From: the human T2T-CHM13v2.0 reference genome, Homo sapiens
Direction: 5' to 3' (one strand)
Length of the DNA: 64,000 nt
Assembly (NCBI RefSeq): GCF_009914755.1
Contig: NC_060930.1
Under the pieces are notes generated by a model. It was not told the origin of the DNA, ran no database searches, and worked only from the letters and a program-made list of their open reading frames with translations. The first letter of the stretch is position 1, and the number at the start of each line of letters is the position of its first letter. This document shows, piece after piece, positions 18,381-31,794 of the stretch. The translations under genes were made by a program, and so were the position numbers.

Positions 18381-20091
18381 GTGTGTTCTTGCTTTTTATT
18401 TATTACATCATATTTCCAATATCCTCAGAGAAGACAGAAGGAGTGAAATGAAACGTGTGGTAATTCCCCTATTTTGAAACAAATCAAAGTGGTTTCTATA
18501 TGGACAACTTAAAAGACAGAGTCTTCTTTTCTGAAATGGAAGAGATGTCCTTATCTTTGGGAAAGGCGGAGGAAGGGGAAAGAAAAAGAGATATCTCACA
18601 ATGTGATGTGCTCTTCTTTTCTTTCCAAAACTCTAAGCTAGGAATAGACAAGGCCCCCAATCAGCTAGTGTCTGTTGGGCTGTTGCGTTCAGACTGTCTG
18701 TCTGCTTTGACCATAATGTTCTGTGAGATGTCCACTGGCTTACTCCTGCTATCTTTTCCTTCTATTTCCAGAAAGCAAACCTCAGAAGAAAAAAAAAAAG
18801 ATCTCTGTTTAGGGTCTGAAGTCAAGTCCAAATATAACAGGATCCCAATAACTTCCCCCACCCGCTAGGGTTTAAAACCACATTCCCTCTGCCCAGATGG
18901 CTGCTGCAGAAAGACGCAGCATTCACCCACTGCTTCCTCCTTTTGTTGGCTGCCCCCTGATTACAGCTAATGACTCCCAGCTGTACTGCCTCCAAAGACT
19001 TGGGAAAGATGAATCTTTAAAAAATAATCTAATAACTAGACTCCTCCAGGGATGGGCGGGGTTGATACCAATCCCATTGGAACACTGCCTCATTCAGAAT
19101 CTAGCTGGGTGGTGTGGTGTGTGCCTTGGAAAGGGAGGAGAGTTGCTATGTGCATTCTGAAGACCTCTTGATGTTCCCTGTAAGAATCTCATTGACTCTA
19201 TTTTCTCACCTTAGTTGAAAAAAAAATCTGCGAATACTTAGAAAAAAATTTAATGTGTGTAACACAGACTTTGGCTCCTATACAGAGAATCTGACGAAAT
19301 GTCTTTTAGAGCTATGACTATCCAAACTGGGTGTACTTAAGGATCAGTATCATGGAGAATTTTTCAACATGGTTATATCATACAAAAAAGTAGATATCTA
19401 CGAAATTTTAAAACTTGGCATTCTGGAGTTTCCATTTGTCTTTGAAATGTCAGGTTCTCTGAAAAGTTGACTTCAAATACAGGGATCCATCAGAAAGAAA
19501 AATCAAAACTCAAATGACATCAGTCATGAAAACTATCTGGAATAGATTGGTAGAGATTGATAGGTCTTTTCTTCTTTCTTCTACTTCCCCTCTTCCTCTT
19601 TTTCTTCCTCCTCCTCTTCTTCTTTGTTCTTTTCTTCCTCTTTTTTCCTCTTTCTCTTTCCTCCTTTTCTTTTTTTTTTTAACAACAAAAATAACAACCT
19701 GAAATGCTGGGTGAGAAAGGCAGGGAATGAAATTTTACCAACTTGAAATTTGATAGTTTTTCTCAAACCATTTTTATAGAAGTGTTTGAAGCAGTTGTCC
19801 CCTAAAACTGCAGATATAATTTATTCCATATGCCCATATTGAACATCTCTGGTGAACTAAGCCAGGTGCTGAGGTTAGATACATAAATAACTCATTTGTT
19901 TCTTCATGTTCTTTCAGAGTGCTGATTGAATAAATCACATTCTTGAGCAACTTATGACTCTGTTGTCTAGTTCTGTAATGATTTCTTTGTGGAACACCTT
20001 ATCTTCCTGGAAGGTAATGTCTAAAAAGAGAGTGAGCTTTGGAGTCAGTGCTAAGCTTGAATTGTGACACTGCCCCTTACTGAAACTTTCT

Positions 20092-20434
<343 letters not shown>

Positions 20435-20559
20435 TGAAACTTTCTGAGCTTTACTTTCATCATCTGTAAAATGGAACTTGGAAGATTGCTGTGAGGAATA
20501 GCATTCTGTTGCGGTCCCGGCAGGCTGTTTAAGTGCATCCTATAGACCTCCTTTTAAAA

Positions 20560-20898
20560 ACCTCCATGTGTTGCTTAATGACGGGGGTGTGTCCTGAGAA
20601 ATACATCTTTAGATTATTTTATCATTGTGCAAACATCATAGAGTGTACTTATGCAGACCTGGATAATATAGTCACTATACAAGTAGGCTACATGATACAG
20701 CCTTTTGCCCCCAGGCTGCAAACCTGTACAGCAAACCTACTGAATACTGTAGGCAATGGGAACACAATGGTATTTGCGCATCAAACATACCTAAACACAG
20801 AAAAGGTATAGTAAAAATACAGTATTATAATCTTATGGGACTACTTATGTATACATGGTTCGTTATTGACAAACATCATTACATGGTCCATGACTGTA
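20560..20898 (+). mobile_element. Tigger3a-like DNA transposon MITE
   Basis: catgtgttgcttaatgacgggg...aacatcatagagtgtactta...catgactgta. Confidence 0.8.
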
Positions 20899-21514
20899 TT
20901 TTTATTATGGTCTTTATTATTATACTCCTTATTCATTCTGGATTTTCTACCACAGCCCCAATTTTAGTTAAAATTTTTTTATAGTGGCAATTTGTTACAA
21001 ATACTATCTAAAATTAATTATTAATAAATAGGTATGTCAAGAGGAAAAGTAAAATTCACCTGATTTGCATCCTGATTTTTGATTCAGAAAATATGATAGT
21101 ATTTAGCACAGTTTGTTTTATATTCTATCACAATATAATATGGTATAGTTATTTAATATATTTGTATGCTTATATAACACAGAATACTATAACTCAGATC
21201 ATGTTCCCTAGTCTATTAGGAAATGCGAGAATATTTCATTGCACTTAAAGATCCCTGTGATCCTCAACGTATTTTACTCAAAGAAGATGCTCAATACATA
21301 TATGTTAAATTGAATTGAATTTGTGAATTGATTTATCAGCCTATTTCCAGGCAGCAATGGAACACACAGTTTTTGGGACTCTTTAACATGAGAATTAATT
21401 GCCCCCTGGAAGCTAAGCTTCATTTTTATCTAAAACATACACATACTTGAATTAAGACTTTGTGGCAATGAGCTTTCATTCACTTCTTTTTCAAGGGATT
21501 TAAATGACAAACAC

Positions 21515-21626
21515 AGCGTAAGCAACTGTCCTAATTTATCCAGAACTTTTCCAGTTTTAGCATGAAAAGTCCTACTTCTCAGGAACCCCCTCAGTTCCAG
21601 ACAAATTGGGATATTTGGTCATCTCA
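21515..21626 (+). mobile_element. MER81 (hAT-Blackjack MITE)
   Basis: gttttagcatgaaaagtcc...ggaaccccctcagt...ttggtcatct. Confidence 0.65.
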
Positions 21627-21923
21627 GTGTAACGTGAACTTGCTTTTCTTGAAGATATGCTGAGATTGTCAGGGAAAGTGAAGTACCATGTTAGGATTAA
21701 TTATCCTGCAACTACAGGGGACAAGGGTTGTTGTTTCTCATTTGTAACTAACACAGACTTTTTTAAAAAAAACACCAAGGTGAAGCAGAGTCTTGAGACT
21801 TATTATATACATATATAAAAACTTTCTACATATATACACATCTCTCTATATAAAATACACTTTCTTTGACTGATTTTATATATATGTATAAAATATATAT
21901 CAACATATAAGAATGTTTCTATA

Positions 21924-22180
21924 TTGGGAGGCTGAGGCGGGCAGATCACAAGGTCAGGAGATCGAGACCATCCTGGCTAAAATGGTGAAACCCCGTCTCT
22001 ACTAAAAATACAAAAAATTAGCCACGTGTGGTGGCGGGCACCTGTAGTCCCAGCTACTCGGGAGGCTGAGGCAGCAGAATCGCTTGAACCGTGAGGCAGA
22101 GCTTGCAGTGAGCTGAGATCACATCACTGCACTCCAGCCTGGGTGGCAGAGCAAGACTCCGTCTCAAAAAAAAAAACAAA
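21924..22180 (+). mobile_element. AluY/AluSc8-like, 5' truncated
   Basis: gagatcgagaccatcctggcta and gagcttgcagtgag. TSD aagaatgtttctata at 21909-21923 and 22180-22194. Confidence 0.95.
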
Positions 22181-23045
22181 AGAATGTTTCTATAAAGATA
22201 AGTGTATTAATAAAGACATCTATACTTATATATTATAAATTTATTTAAGTATATGTTTATATATGTATAATTATATGTATAAAATCATTCAAAGGAAGTT
22301 TTTATAGTGCTGTCAACTGGCCTAGGGAAAAGAGATAGGGGAATGTGGAATTTCATTATAAAGTGTTTACAGTTTTAACCTTAATTTAATTTAATTTAAT
22401 TTTTTACTTATTTTTAAAATTTTTGTTTTATCTTAATCTTCACAGTAATCATGAGAGATAGATACCATTAAATTATTTTAAAGACAGGAATTAGGGTTTT
22501 AAAAGCTGTGGCTTGGAAGGCATAAGTCCTTTCCAAGGATCAATACCTTTGGAGGATTTTCCATTATTTTCATATTATATAAATGATTAGAAGCCTACAA
22601 ATTTGAAAATTTGGTCTTCCAGAATTTCTATTTCAGCTTTGAAATGTCAGATGTTTTGAAAGGTTGGTTTCTAATACTTGACCGATTCAGCGTTCTGCTC
22701 TGTTCTAGAATACACTTGAGCATGCGTAGTGTAGGCTAATGCACAGGGTCAGCTGAAGAGGCCTGCTGCTTCTTTACAGTTACTACCAAGGCTAAACCCT
22801 TAGAATGCTGAGAAAATCATCAGCCTGATTCAAGGGAGGGCTCTCCTGGGAATGAGTTCAATGAAAGCAAAAGAGAACTTACTATGAGAAATTTATTTAA
22901 GATTCTGACTTCAATGGAATCTCTTCTTTCTAAATGTGTTATGAAATCCAGAGAAAAATGTTGCGTAGTATTATGAATGGCTACTATTTTTGCCAGCTTA
23001 CTAAAGGGACAGATACAGAACTCAGCAATTCCTTTACATGAGTAG

Positions 23046-24064
23046 CTTCCTGCCTCCCTTTCTCCCTCCCTCTCTCTCTTCCCTCCCCGATTCCTGCTTT
23101 CCCCACTTCCCCATTCCCTCCCTTCCTCCCTTTCTTCCTTTCTCTTTTCCTCCTTCTCTCCCTTCCTTCTTTCCTTTCTCCCTTTCTTCCTTCCTCCTTT
23201 TCTTCCTCCATCCTCCCTCCCTTTTTTCATTTCTTTCTTCCTCTCCCTCCCTCTTTCTTCCTTCTTTCCTTTCTTCCTTTTTCTCTTCCTCCCTTTCTTC
23301 CTCCTTCCCTTCTTCCTTTTCCTTCCTTCCTTCCTCCCTCCCTTCCTTCTTCCCTCTATCCCTTTCCTCCTTTCCCCCTTCCCTTCCCCTTCTCCTTCCT
23401 TCCTTCTTGCCTTCCTTCCTTCCTTCTTTCCTTCCTTCCTTCCTTCTTGCCTTCCTTCCTTCCTTCTTGCTTTCCTTCCTTCTTGCTTTCCTTTCTTCCT
23501 CCCTCCCTCCTTCTTCTTCCCTCCCTCCCTCCTTCCCTCCCTTTTTTCATTTCTCTTTCTTCCTCCCTCCCTTCCTTGTTTCCTTTCTTCCTTCTTCCTT
23601 TCCTCCCTTTCTTCCTCCTTCCCTTCTTCCTTTTCTTCCTTCCTCCCTCCCTCCTTCCCTCCCTCCCTTCCTTCCTTCCTTCCTCCCTTCTTCCATCCCT
23701 TTCCTTTCTCCCTCCTTCCCTTCCTTCTTCCTTCCCTCTCTTTCCTCCTTTCTCCCTCCTTCCCTTCCCTTTCCTTCCTTCCTTCCTTCCTCCCTCCTTC
23801 TTCCTTCCTTCCCTCCGTTTTTCATTTCTCTTTCTTCCTCCTTCCCTCCCTCTCTTCCTTTCTTGTTTCCTTTCTTCCTTCTTCCCTTCCTCCCTTTCTT
23901 CCTCCCTCCCTTATTCCTTTTATTCCTCCCTCCCTTCCTTCCTTCCCTCCCTCCCTCCCTGCCTCTCTTCCTTTCTTCCTTCTTCTCTCCCTCCCTATCT
24001 TCCTTCCTTCCTCATTCCCTACTCCCTTGCTCCTTCCAGCCCCTTCTTTCTTCCTTTTTTTTTT
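23046..24064. repeat. About 1-kb (TTCC/TCCC/TTTC)n polypyrimidine low-complexity tract
   Basis: Top strand is almost purely C/T. Confidence 0.98.
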
Positions 24065-24099
24065 GTTATTTGGGAGGGTTGTGTGCCTCACATACCCCT

Positions 24100-24443
24100 T
24101 CTGTAATTAAAATCTACTCCCTGATTTTAGGGGGTGTGGGCATGTGATCTAGATTAGGCCAGTCAGATTCTTCAAACAGGAATTTGAATATTGACATCAG
24201 GGACAAAAAGCAACCAGTGCTGGGTCATGGGTGGCTGGGCCGTGGGTGGGTGGTTTATGGAAGAGCTTCTATGCTGACCTTTGGAGCTGCCCATGTTTTT
24301 TGCCCTTCCTAAGTTCTAGTGGTCACATCGTCCATAATTTGGTGAGATATCTCAGTATCTTTCCACTACATTAATTGCTTTGCTTACCATTAGTCAGAGT
24401 TAGTTTATGTTGCTTAAACCAACTCAAATAACCTAAACTGACT
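24100..24443 (+). mobile_element. Old MLT1 (J/K/L-like) LTR
   Basis: catgtgatctagattaggccagtcaga and terminus tagtcagagttagtttatgttgctt. Confidence 0.5.
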
Positions 24444-24459
24444 AGACATCCATTATCTA

Positions 24460-24650
24460 TCTTAGCCTCTGCACTAATCCTACATGGTAAGCATTATTTT
24501 TCACATTTTACAGATGAGAAACTGAAGCTTTGTGAGGTTAAGTAATAACTGTATGATCTTAATATGGTTAAGATCATATAGTTAAAAAGAGGCAGAGCTG
24601 GTTGGTGGTCATGTTCAACTTAACCTGATGCCTCAAAGCAATATTGCATC
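24460..24650 (-). mobile_element. MIR
   Basis: cattttacagatgagaaactgaagct core. Confidence 0.7.
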
Positions 24651-24669
24651 TACTATGCTTTAATGGCTT

Positions 24670-25240
24670 AAAATGGAAAGAAAATGAACAGTTGGAAAAA
24701 ACATTCACAATATTTGAGACAATTAACAAAGTTTAATGGCCATAAGATATAAAGAGCCTTTAGGAATCAATAATAAAAAATTTAACATGCTAATGGCAAA
24801 AATGGGCAAAGGACATGAATATCTATTTTCAAATAATAACCAATAATTTCTCATACATATGAAAAATGTTTAACCTCACCAATAATACAAAAAAGCAAAT
24901 TAAAACAATTGCATATCATTTCAACTATCTTATTCATTAAAAAAATTGTAAAACCAAGTTTTCACAAAAATTTAGTGAAAAATTTTATTATATAGGTTAA
25001 AGTAGAAAATGGTGCAAACTTTAGAGGGAAAAATTTGTTCAAATACATTTAGAGTCCCAAATTTGTTCAAAGCCTTTGATTTAGACATTTATTCTAAGAA
25101 AATAAGAATATACTGAAAGATTTATGTATAAGGACACTTATTTATAATAGCAAAAGTTGGAAGTAAACTAAATGTCTAATGATATAGAAATGAGAATAAT
25201 TTGGAAAAGCTTATGATATGATGTTAAATTTTTAAAAAGC
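24670..25240 (+). mobile_element. L1ME-type ORF2 3' fragment
   Basis: aaaatgggcaaaggacatgaa; ttataatagcaaaagttggaag. Confidence 0.65.
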
Positions 25241-25249
25241 CAATATTTC

Positions 25250-25856
<607 letters not shown>

Positions 25857-26708
25857 CAGTGTCCATAGTGTTTAGTTAGAATGGGGAGAAAGTACATGAG
25901 AGAAAATCTGGAGATATTTGAACATGGTTGAATCTAATAGAAAAGAAGTTGACCATACAAGAAGACACACTCAATCAACGAAGTCCTTGACCAAACCAGA
26001 GGATGGAATCTGGAATGCCAGTGAAAGAAATGTTGATGTAGGTAGGGATGAAAGGCAGGTATAAGTGTTTTTTTGGGAAGCTGAAGGAGTTACTGTCTGA
26101 TAGTTTCTACTTCTCCAAGAGGTCATCTGCTAGATGATAGAGGAAAGATTGATGGTAGTGGGATGTTGGGAATACTTGAGAATCTGTGAAATTGAAGTGG
26201 AGAATGGGAAAATTTGATGATAGGGATGATAATGTTTTGGGGCAAATTTCAGGGGCCAGGTGAAGTTATTAACCATAAATTTATGGTGATTCCAGTCAGC
26301 CTGGCTGGGCAAATTCCTCTGGTAATACTTAGCAACTTGTGAGACATTCATTGAGATGTAGGATATTGAATTCATATAGGTTTGGGATTTTGTTAGTCAG
26401 GTGCAGCTAGAAGATAGTGGAGCAAGAAAGTTCCTGAAGATGAGCAAGAGAGTGGTTGATATTATTAACCACCGAATTGTAGATAAGAAAGGAAGAAAAT
26501 GAAGGCTAGAAGGTGTGGAAAAGAGAAAGTAAAGTGGGAAGTGCTCCAGAGGTTTCTATAGGACTGATGACATGTGTGTTGAGAATAACTTAGGGCATAG
26601 GTGGAACAGTGGTGGTTTGTGGCCAAAGCTGCCTTATGCTTATATTAATAAGTAGCTTCAGAGATGGTGCAGTTCAACAGTTCTGAGTGATGTCAAGTAT
26701 GGGAGGGT

Positions 26709-26853
26709 GGCTAGGTGCAGTGGCTCATGACTGTAATCCCAGCTACTCTGGGGCTGAGGAGGGAGGACCACTTGAACCCAGGAGGTCCAGCTGCAGATCA
26801 CATCACTGTACTCCAGTCTGAGTGACAGAGCCAGACCCCATCTCTTAAAAAAA
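26709..26853 (+). mobile_element. Monomeric Alu (FLAM/FRAM-like)
   Basis: Single arm flanked by tgggagggt direct repeats. Confidence 0.75.
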
Positions 26854-26863
26854 TTTGGGAGGG

Positions 26864-27134
26864 TGCTATAGACTGAATGTTTGTGTTCCCCCAAAATTTA
26901 TATTTTGAAATCTTAACCCCCAATATGATGGTATTAGGTGGAGGAATTTTTGGTAGGTAATTAGGTCATGAGGGTGGAGCCCTCATGAGTGGGATTAATG
27001 CCCTTATAAGAGATGCCAAGCTAGGTGCAGTGGCTGACACCTGTCATTCCAGCACTTTGGGAGGCCAAAGTGGGAGAATTGCTTGAAACCAGGAATTTGA
27101 GACAAGCCTTGGCAACATAGTGAGACCCCATCTC

Positions 27135-27167
<33 letters not shown>

Positions 27168-27605
27168 ACACACACACACACATACATACACACGCACACT
27201 TAGCCAGATGCAGTGGATTGCGCCTGTAGTCCCAGCTACTCAGGAGGCTAAGGTGGGAGGGTCACCTGAGCCTGGGAGGTTGAGTCTTCAGTGACCTATG
27301 ACCGTGCCACTGCAGTACAGCCTGGGTGACAAAGTGAAACTCTGACTCTAGGAAAAATAAAAAAAGAAAAAAAAAGAAAAAAAAAAGAAAAAGAAAGATA
27401 CCCTGGAGAATCCTTTGCTTCTTCTGACATGTGAGGAACACAGTGAGAACATTGTGAACAAAAGCAGGCTCTCACCAGACATCAAAACTGCTGGTGATTT
27501 GATCCCAGACTCCCAACCTCCAAAACTGTGAGAAATATTTTTTTCTTATTTATAATCCATGCAGATAATAGTATTTTGTTATGGCAGCCAAAATGGACTG
27601 AGACA
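26864..27605 (+). mobile_element. MLT1A/MLT1A0 LTR interrupted by AluJ
   Basis: tgctatagactgaatgtttgtg start and atggactgagaca end. Confidence 0.8.
27018..27396 (+). mobile_element. AluJ with (CA)n in the central linker (27135-27199)
   Basis: Two arms separated by a CA microsatellite. Confidence 0.92.
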
Positions 27606-28587
27606 GAGGAGGTAGCCAAAGTGAAGTGGAAGAGGAAGTTTCTGAAGCCATGAAGTGAGACTGGCTACGAAGATAATAAAGTCACTCAGAATTTAGGATG
27701 AAGAGAAAAACTGCAAGCCAGTTACCAAAGAAGTCAGTGAATACAGCCAATATAGTGAAAAAAATGTTGAAATTTGAGTCTGGAGTTCTGGACTATAAAT
27801 TCTCCAATCACATTCAGTACTGCCTTGATCTTCCTATATTTACCACCTTGAATTATATGATAATAATTTTTAGAGTTTCTCCTTTAACTGATTATAAGCT
27901 CCTTTGGGTTCAAAGGTGGTGCCTTGTTTATTGTGTATAACTCAGATTACTTGATGCCAGATGTGCAATACATTTTATCTTGGTTAGATGAATAGAAGAA
28001 AATTAAACAAATAGGTGCCATTTTGGAGGATAGAGAGGACATTCCTATTTCCCTGATTGGAGTTTTAGACTATGACAGACCTTGTTCTCCTCCTCTCCTT
28101 AATTCCAGTGTAATCAGTTAGGCACATATGTTTAAAAAACTAGAACATTTACAGCTTTGATGAAATTGAATAAAAGTAAAAAAGGCCTTCCTCTTATTTA
28201 CCTTTGATTCCTTGCTTCTCATTTGCTCTGCCACCTCTCAGCATTGTAACTCAGTTTCTTAGTATCAAGTATAAAGCTGCGAAACAGAATTTAGGGCGAC
28301 TCAGATTTTAAAAGTCTCATCTTGGATTCAGTGTTCATTCCCCTCAAAAGCCAAGAGGTGGCTAAGAGAGAACAAAATCAGTAAAGAGAAACATTAAAGT
28401 CTGCTTCATCTGAATTTTGTTTTACAATGCATCCATCTTCAAAGTTTGTCCATGTGATGATTAAGCTTTTTAAGGACAAAAATTGTTTTTCCATATGGTC
28501 TGATTGGTCATTTCCTTAGCATCTTTGCTCATTTAACAAAAGCGATATTAATGCTCTGTACTTAAGAAAATTGTGAAATGGAGAATG

Positions 28588-28622
28588 ACACAGACACAGA
28601 CACACACACACACACACACACA
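28588..28622. repeat. (CA)n microsatellite
   Basis: Direct reading. Confidence 0.9.
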
Positions 28623-29535
28623 TCAATCATATGAGGTCTTATAACATTTGTAAATATGAGTTTTCTTCCTTAAATTTGAATGCTAGAGACAAAAAGAAAG
28701 ATGAAGATGGAGTAAACTGAGTGAAGGAAAGGCAACACATTGTGGCCTAAAGATACAACCAGGGCTTGATTTCTATTGGATGAATTGTGTTCGTACTTGA
28801 CATAGTCTCATACTCCTTTTTGGGATAAAAGAGTAAGTTGGCTTTGACAACCGTCACCACATTGGTCTCTGAGGATGACCTTTCTGGACAGGGGAATGTG
28901 CCTCTCTTTCTTTGCTATTCATGTGTGTACCTCCTGAAGCTGCATGTTCTATTGAAGAGGATAGCCTTTAATTCAATGTTTAGTTCAGTGCATACAAATA
29001 TCTCAACACACCAGTCAATATTTCTCATACCTTCCTCTATCTACTGGTACCTCTGCCCTCCCTTCTCCCGGGTTTTCAGGATTCCTTTGTAAACTTTTGG
29101 CTGCCCGAATTCCAGTGTTTGGATGCTTCATGAAGTCTTTCTCTTCTCCAGCATGATCCATGCTTTGCATGTAATTATCTCTTTCCCTTCCAAGCCCTCC
29201 CTTAAAATTTCCCTTTTCTTGTGATCAATGAATTGATATATGTTAAGTACTTGCTCTGGATTATCAGTTTGGCTCCAATGCTTAAAGAACTTATTCTTTT
29301 GAGTCAGAGTTTACTTGCATAAACAATCACAAAAAAGCAGTTGTGGGTCAAATTACATCACCCATAGAAGTAATTTTTTACAGAAAAAAGAAGTCAATAT
29401 GGGCTAATGCAGTTAAGAGAAAGTTTAATGGAATCCAAATGCACAAGTATCTGGAGATAAAGGGTTAATGTTTTATTTCCCTACTGAATAAGTTATTGGA
29501 ATAGTTAGAACTTAGTGAAATTAATATTTATGCAC

Positions 29536-29632
29536 TGCAGGGAGGTATTAAGTTGGTGCAAAAGTAATTGTGATTTTTGCCATTAAAAGTAACGACAAAA
29601 CTGGCAATTACTTTTGCACCAAACCTGGTATT
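29536..29632 (+). ncRNA. MIR548A1: microRNA precursor mir-548a-1; mature miR-548a-3p at 29596-29617
   Basis: Hairpin with arms ggtgcaaaagtaattg / caattacttttgcacc. Contains CAAAACTGGCAATTACTTTTGC. The precursor TGCAGGGAGGTATTAAG...CCTGGTATT matches my recall of hsa-mir-548a-1. Confidence 0.88.
29548..29628. mobile_element. MADE1 (Hsmar1 mariner MITE)
   Basis: About 80-bp palindrome of Hsmar1 TIRs flanked by TA at 29546-29547 and 29629-29630. Confidence 0.93.
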
Positions 29633-31465
29633 TTTGATCATAGCTACATATGCCCTTCAAATATCACTTAGCTTCCTAAATGGTGCAATTTCCTTCTGTT
29701 AGCTGAAGTGCTACAACCCTCAGTCTCTTCCGATTTATGGGGGCACTATGCAGCAGCTAAGAGCTAACATGAACACTGGGGTCTCTATGAGGGTTGACTG
29801 AGATGAAGATGATTCTGACGATGCCATCCTGACCTGAGTCTTTGGATGCCTTGTGTCTGGAATTTGGGAAGGGGCTATGGGCTAACGCTTTCAAATGCTT
29901 GAAGCTTCTATGATTTTAGTAGTTTTTCAGTGACATGAAGAAACAGACTTTCTTTCTACAAACCATTTTCCAAGAGTTAGACCGGATACTTCTGTTCCCT
30001 CTGGCAGACCAGTTATCCTGCCACTCTCTCTCTCTCTGTGTTTTTTAACTTAAATTTGATTTTTGAAGGATTTAATCTCATTCCCTATCACAACATTGTT
30101 TTTCATAACAGCAGGAAGAAATTTGATAAACCATTCTAGTTTCTTACATTTGTGAATTTAATTCCCACTTCGTCAAAATGGGCTCCTGTCGAGAGAGGAA
30201 ACCAGATGCACGAGGTTGTTGGAGTCTTAAATGTCTCTCCAGCTTCTTGAAGCAATTGCATTAAAAATCTTAATAAATATAGTTGCTGACTTTCTTGCTC
30301 CCTCTGTGTTCCTGCTGCAGTTATACTATTTACACTTGAGTTTTTGCCACAGCTGGTTCGAACTCAATGATTGTCTGCTCCACTCTGCCTGTTTTAAGTT
30401 ATTATCTCCCTCAAGGTTTCTCTTCCATGCATGGAGCTTCTTGTAATTCCTTTCTTTGATTGAAAAGAGATGGAGTGGTGTAGCAAGAAGAGTATTGGTG
30501 TTGGTCCCAGAGATGCTCAGGGTTTGCATCCTACTTCTGGCATTTACTTGATGCATGATCTTGAGTATTTTCACTTTTTTGACACTCATTATACTTACCT
30601 TGAAGAGTTGTTAGGATCATATAAAATAACCCATGCAACAGCATCTCCCACAACGACTTGCATAGAGGAGCATTTACTCTGACTATTTCTTACACTTATC
30701 TTCATGAATTTGGCTATAATCAAGAAACAGAAATTTTGTATTCAGAGGGGGACTATTCTAAACCTAGTGTTGTATTCCATTTGCACCATATACAGGCTGT
30801 TATTTATTTTTCATTCTGATTTTTTAGTTATCAATATTCCTATAGTATTAATATTAGTACTTTATATTGATATAGTACTTGAGGCTTATAATGTGCTCTT
30901 GTGTTTTTGTGTATCTTCATGTGCTTTTGTATCGTGCAACATACACAGCCTGAAATACATCTTGTTGGTTCATCATTCTCTATGGGGTATTACATACATG
31001 GTCTGCTTATTCTGAGCACCATAATCATAACTGCAGAGTTTACTTGGTTAAGAAAGTCAATTATAACAGAAGTGGAGCTCTTTAAACTGGAACTCCATGA
31101 AGACAACTGAACACATCTCTTGAGCTCCAAGGAAACATGGTAGTGGCCTAGTCTGAATTGTGCCACTTCTCCTCTTGGAAATTATACAGAGCAATAAATC
31201 AAATTTTAAATATCTACAAATTCCATTTTCAGTGAAACTAGGAGACCCAGAATATTCTCGAACTACAAATTATGTGTACATGCTGCCCCAAACACCTGAG
31301 GCCAATGGAGGCTGGCAAAAAGCTGCATGGTAAATGGTGATGGACAATGGAAAGGAGGTGAGGATGCAGCAGCTGTGGTGGGAGTCTCAGAAAACACAGC
31401 AGTGTTCACTTCCAGAGCAGAGGGCCCCATCTGGGGTGGCAGCTCCCGTGAACAGAGATGAAATC

Positions 31466-31576
31466 AGAGTGACCAACTCTTCCTAGTTGCCTGGAACTTT
31501 ACTGGTTTTAGCACTGAAAGTCCTATGTCCTAGGAACCTCCCCAAACCTGGGCAAACTGGGACGCAGCTCACCCCA
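31466..31576 (+). mobile_element. MER81
   Basis: agagtgaccaact...ggttttagcactgaaagtcc...gggcaaactgggac...tcacccc. Confidence 0.75.
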
Positions 31577-31794
31577 GATGAACTGGAACAGAGTGGGCCA
31601 CCAAAAGGAGATGGCAAAGGCCTGGGACCGCATGGGTGGCAGAGTATAAAAAGTACAAGTGAAAATAGATCAACAAAAAGTGAGGATACTCCCGTGGAAG
31701 GTAAGAGATGTGTTCCAGGTGGCAGTGGCTTATAAAGATACTGTGATGTCACGCGGGAAGAAGCCATTCTGAGCCTTTTAAAATTTTTTCTGTC

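Noticed and set aside
23038-24147. 369-aa ORF and overlapping S/P/F/L-rich or K/E/G/R-rich ORFs
   Set aside because: Artefact of the C/T-only tract, which cannot encode stop codons.
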